A stretch of 64,000 nt of DNA, taken from assembly GCA_002384855.1 (NCBI GenBank), contig DGBP01000020.1:31687-95686 (forward strand), written 5' to 3'. The position numbers and the translations under genes were made by a program. This document shows, piece by piece, positions 61,307 to 64,000 of this stretch. Positions within the stretch are counted from its first letter, which is position 1. Each line of letters begins with the position of its first letter. The notes beneath the pieces were generated by a model that saw nothing but the letters and a program-made list of their open reading frames with translations, was not told the origin of the DNA and did not search any database. The stretch comes from Nocardioidaceae bacterium UBA4001. GTDB taxonomy: Bacteria; Actinomycetota; Actinomycetes; Propionibacteriales; Nocardioidaceae.

Positions 61307-62335
61307 TCATCGGCGCCGGGGCTCGGAGACGAGCACCTGCTGCAACGCCTCGAACTCCTCGACGCACTTGCCCGCGCCCATCGCCACCGAGTGCAGCGGG
61401 TCCTCCGCGATGTGCACCGGCATGCCGGTCTCGTGACGAAGCCGCTCGTCGAGCCCGCGCAGCAGCGCGCCTCCGCCGGTGAGGACCAGCCCGCGGTCCA
61501 TGATGTCGCCGGCCAGCTCGGGCGGGGTCTGGTCGAGGGTCGTCCGCACGGCGTCGACGATGTCGTTGAGCGGCTCCTCGAGGGCCTGCCGCACCTCGGC
61601 GCTGGACACCACGACGGTCTTCGGCAGGCCCGAGATCATGTCGCGCCCGCGCACCTCGGCCTCCGGCTCCTGCGGGAGCGGGAACGCCGAGCCGAGGCTC
61701 ATCTTGATCTCCTCGGCGGTGCGCTCCCCCAGCATGAGGGAGTACTCCTTCTTCATCCACGCGATGATCGCCTGGTCGAGGTCGTCGCCCGCCGTACGGA
61801 TGGACAGGCTCGTGACGATGCCGCCGAGGGAGATGACCGCGACCTCGGTCGTGCCGCCGCCGATGTCGACGACCATGTTGCCGGTCGCCTCGTGGACCGG
61901 GAGGTTGGCACCGATCGCGGCGGCCATCGGCTCCTCGACGATGTACACCCGGCGGGCTCCTGCCTGGTAGCCCGCCTCCTTAACCGCGCGCTGCTCCACG
62001 GCGGTGATGCCGCTCGGCACGCAGATCACCAGGCGCGGCTTGGCGAAGTAGCGTCGCCGGTGCACCTGCTGGATGAAGAACCGCAGCATCTGCTCGGTGG
62101 AGTCGAAGTCGGCGATCACGCCGTCCTGCAGCGGGCGGATCGCGGTGATGTTGTCCGGGGTGCGGCCGATCATCCGCTTGGCCTCGTGGCCGACGGCGAG
62201 GATCTCGCCGGTGGTGGCGTTCAGCGCGACCACGGACGGCTCGTCGAGCAGCACGCCCTTGCCCCGGACGTAGACCAGGGTGTTGGCGGTGCCGAGATCG
62301 ACCGCCATGTCCCGGCCGATGAAGCTGTTCGCCAT
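61307..62335 (-). CDS. mreB: Rod shape-determining protein MreB (actin-like ATPase)
   Basis: [32 protein letters not shown] and [18 protein letters not shown] 62335 preferred over the extended ORF. Confidence 0.96.
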   Translation of the reverse strand: MANSFIGRDMAVDLGTANTLVYVRGKGVLLDEPSVVALNATTGEILAVGHEAKRMIGRTPDNITAIRPLQDGVIADFDSTEQMLRFFIQQVHRRRYFAKPRLVICVPSGITAVEQRAVKEAGYQAGARRVYIVEEPMAAAIGANLPVHEATGNMVVDIGGGTTEVAVISLGGIVTSLSIRTAGDDLDQAIIAWMKKEYSLMLGERTAEEIKMSLGSAFPLPQEPEAEVRGRDMISGLPKTVVVSSAEVRQALEEPLNDIVDAVRTTLDQTPPELAGDIMDRGLVLTGGGALLRGLDERLRHETGMPVHIAEDPLHSVAMGAGKCVEEFEALQQVLVSEPRRR

Positions 62336-62451
62336 GCTGTCCCGCCCTCTGGTGCGCTCAAGAGGGGTACGACGAACCCTGGCGCCGACCCGTGCGAAAA
62401 GCCTAAGAGCGCGACACCGTGCATCCCGGTAGGACACGCGCGATCCGGCGC

Positions 62452-62493
62452 CCGGTCGACCGGGGCCGGTCGACCGGGGCCGGTCGACCGGGG
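62452..62493. repeat. Three perfect tandem copies of a 14-bp unit containing the 12-bp palindrome CCGGTCGACCGG
   Basis: (ccggtcgaccgggg)x3, 117-158 nt upstream of the mreB ATG. Confidence 0.95.
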
Positions 62494-62500
62494 CCATCTG

Positions 62501-62572
62501 GACGTGCACTCGACCTGTCTTGCGGCCGCCCGTCCGCCTCGGCTCCGGCTGCGGCCGGTCCGAGTGCACGTC
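62501..62572. repeat. 12-bp perfect inverted repeat separated by 48 nt, with an inner GGCCGC/GCGGCC pairing
   Basis: GACGTGCACTCG (62501-62512) and CGAGTGCACGTC (62561-62572). Adjacent ACC/GGT can extend the stem with one bulge. Confidence 0.9.
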
Positions 62573-62595
62573 GACATGGCCCCTCGGACGTCGAA

Positions 62596-62625
62596 GGCCC
62601 CCGCACCTGGCTCGGTGCGGGGGCC
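62596..62625 (-). terminator. Candidate terminator of the PxKF-domain gene
   Basis: GGCCCCCGCACC-tggctc-GGTGCGGGGGCC, a 12-bp perfect stem 20 nt downstream of the stop at 62645. The U tract on the minus strand is weak. Confidence 0.55.
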
Positions 62626-62644
62626 CTCGTGCTCAGGCGGGTAC

Positions 62645-64000
62645 CTACTTGAGCTGGAACTTCGCGGACGTCGACGTGCCGTCAGGTGTGGTGCCGCTGA
62701 CGAGGTAGCAGCTCCCCTTGCCGGCCTTCGGCGTGGCCCAGTTCTGGATCCACTGCTGCCCGTCTGCGTCGTAGCGGAGCGTCGTACCACCCGTCGTGGC
62801 GAACTCCTCGACCGCGTCGGTGGCCGTCCCTGAGTCACAGGCGATCCGGTTCACGGTGAAGGTTGCCTCCAGCACTGCGGCATCCGTGACCGGGGCGTCG
62901 CCCTTGTACACGTTGAACTTCAGCGGGACGGTCGACCCGGCCTTCACCGTGTTGACCTTGCCCATGTCGACCGGCCGGTAGAACCCGTCGTGCCGCCACG
63001 GGTCGACCGTGTAGGCCAGCGTGGCGGTCGCCGTACGCCCGGCGTGGTCGGTGGCCGTCGCGGTCAGCGTGTGGGTCCCGACGTCGGTGCTGTAGCCGGT
63101 CACCTCACAGCCGGCCAGGCCCGAGACCGCGTCGGTCGCCGTGCAGGTCGGCCCGTCCGGCGTGTCACCCCACGGGAAGCTGCTGCTGTCGGCGATGCCA
63201 CCCACGAACGTCACGTCCGTCGGGTCGCTCAGGTCGATCTTGAAGGCCCGACTGTCGATCGAGGCCGCGGTGTTGCTCGCCACGTCCGTGACCGGACCGG
63301 AGCCGACCGTGACAGCCGCACCTTCGGCGGAACCACTCGAGGCGGTGAAGTCCTTGGTCAGCAGCTTCGGCGAGTCCGTCTCGAAGCCTGCACCCTCATC
63401 GGTCGCCCGGAACGAGTTCGTCACCGCGCTCGTGTACCAGCCGTTGTCGCCGTCCGGCGTCGAGGTCGGGCCGAGGTCGGTGAGGACCGGGGCGCCGGTG
63501 TCCTCGATGACGTAGCTCGCGGTCGCACTCCCGGTCTCGCCCCCGTCGTCTGTGTAGGAGCACGTGACGGTGACGGTGCCGAGGCCGTAGGCAGCGAGTG
63601 GGCCCACCGGACCTTGCACGTCGGGATAGACCGACTGCTCGCCGTCCTCGGTGTCGACGACCGAGCACCCCGGAGTCGGCTCGCTGCCGATCTCGAAGAC
63701 GTCCCCGTCGGTGAAGCCCGTGACCGAGACCTGCGGCCGCGTGTTCACCGGGGCGGGAGACTCGACGACGACGGTGAACGACCCAGGCTCGAAGGTGCTC
63801 ACTAACCGTGGGTTCGCCTTTCCCCCACTCGCCGTGGCCTCGAGCGTTGCCGTGTCACCGGTAACGGCGTTGCCGGCCACCGCGTAGGTGACGCTCGCTC
63901 CGGCCGCAGCTCCACAGTCAGTGAGTGTCACCGCGTCTGGTGCCGCGACGATGCTCGGCGCGGTCGACGTGAAGGAAACGGTGACCGGATCGCCGCCGCC
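62645..64000 (-). CDS. Large secreted/surface protein with Ig/HYR-like repeats and a C-terminal PxKF domain; 5' end outside the window
   Basis: The frame is open to the window edge (…GGGDPVTVSFTSTAPSIVAAPDAVTLTDCG…). It has repeated T/D/G-rich beta modules with paired Cys. The C-terminal GFYRPVDMG..NTVKAGSTVPLKFNV and ...LRYD...QWIQNW.TPK...G.CY match the PxKF domain pattern. Confidence 0.8.
   Translation of the reverse strand, partial: GGGDPVTVSFTSTAPSIVAAPDAVTLTDCGAAAGASVTYAVAGNAVTGDTATLEATASGGKANPRLVSTFEPGSFTVVVESPAPVNTRPQVSVTGFTDGDVFEIGSEPTPGCSVVDTEDGEQSVYPDVQGPVGPLAAYGLGTVTVTCSYTDDGGETGSATASYVIEDTGAPVLTDLGPTSTPDGDNGWYTSAVTNSFRATDEGAGFETDSPKLLTKDFTASSGSAEGAAVTVGSGPVTDVASNTAASIDSRAFKIDLSDPTDVTFVGGIADSSSFPWGDTPDGPTCTATDAVSGLAGCEVTGYSTDVGTHTLTATATDHAGRTATATLAYTVDPWRHDGFYRPVDMGKVNTVKAGSTVPLKFNVYKGDAPVTDAAVLEATFTVNRIACDSGTATDAVEEFATTGGTTLRYDADGQQWIQNWATPKAGKGSCYLVSGTTPDGTSTSAKFQLK

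Noticed and set aside
62452-62493. Possible CRISPR array
   Set aside because: The three repeats are directly tandem with no spacers, the unit is only 14 bp, and no cas genes are in the window.

Overview
This is a very high-G+C actinobacterial chromosome segment. G+C was judged by eye, not computed; third codon positions are almost all G/C. Gene content and order look like a Nocardioides/Propionibacteriales-type core region, but the taxon is inference only. I call about 62 protein-coding genes, one tRNA-Ala(GGC) and two decayed HTH_42 (AlkZ/YcaQ-like) genes, plus a set of promoters, hairpins and repeats. Conserved housekeeping synteny dominates: HIT, hrcA-dnaJ-rsmE (with a CIRCE operator), hemW, lepA, rpsT, holA-comEC-comEA, leuS, galE, nadD-rsfS-phosphatase, proA/proB-obg-rpmA-rplU, rne, the TIGR03960/TIGR03936 radical-SAM pair, and rodA-mrdA-mreD-mreC-mreB. 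Small accessory insertions sit between these blocks: an ECF sigma with a GerMN/Gmad2 membrane protein, HxlR-MFS, PadR-DUF1707, two APH-like kinases, a PepSY/lipoprotein/two-component cluster, a CynX-type MFS, and a partial PxKF surface protein. I see no CRISPR array, transposase, integrase, prophage, recognisable defence or toxin-antitoxin module, or biosynthetic cluster. I therefore cannot support a claim of a new multi-gene system here. The signals most worth a second look are non-coding or structural: (1) a canonical U-tailed terminator plus a second perfect hairpin in the leuS leader, which suggests an attenuator or small RNA; (2) a 48-bp perfect palindrome between the divergent HIT and ECF-sigma genes; (3) three tandem 14-bp palindromic repeats plus a long-range inverted repeat upstream of mreB; (4) the normally adjacent or fused radical-SAM pair split by an opposite-strand MFS gene and a decayed gene; (5) two independently eroded AlkZ/YcaQ-family genes. 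All protein calls rest on motif and family recognition from the translated ORFs, with no database search. Start codons are best guesses.
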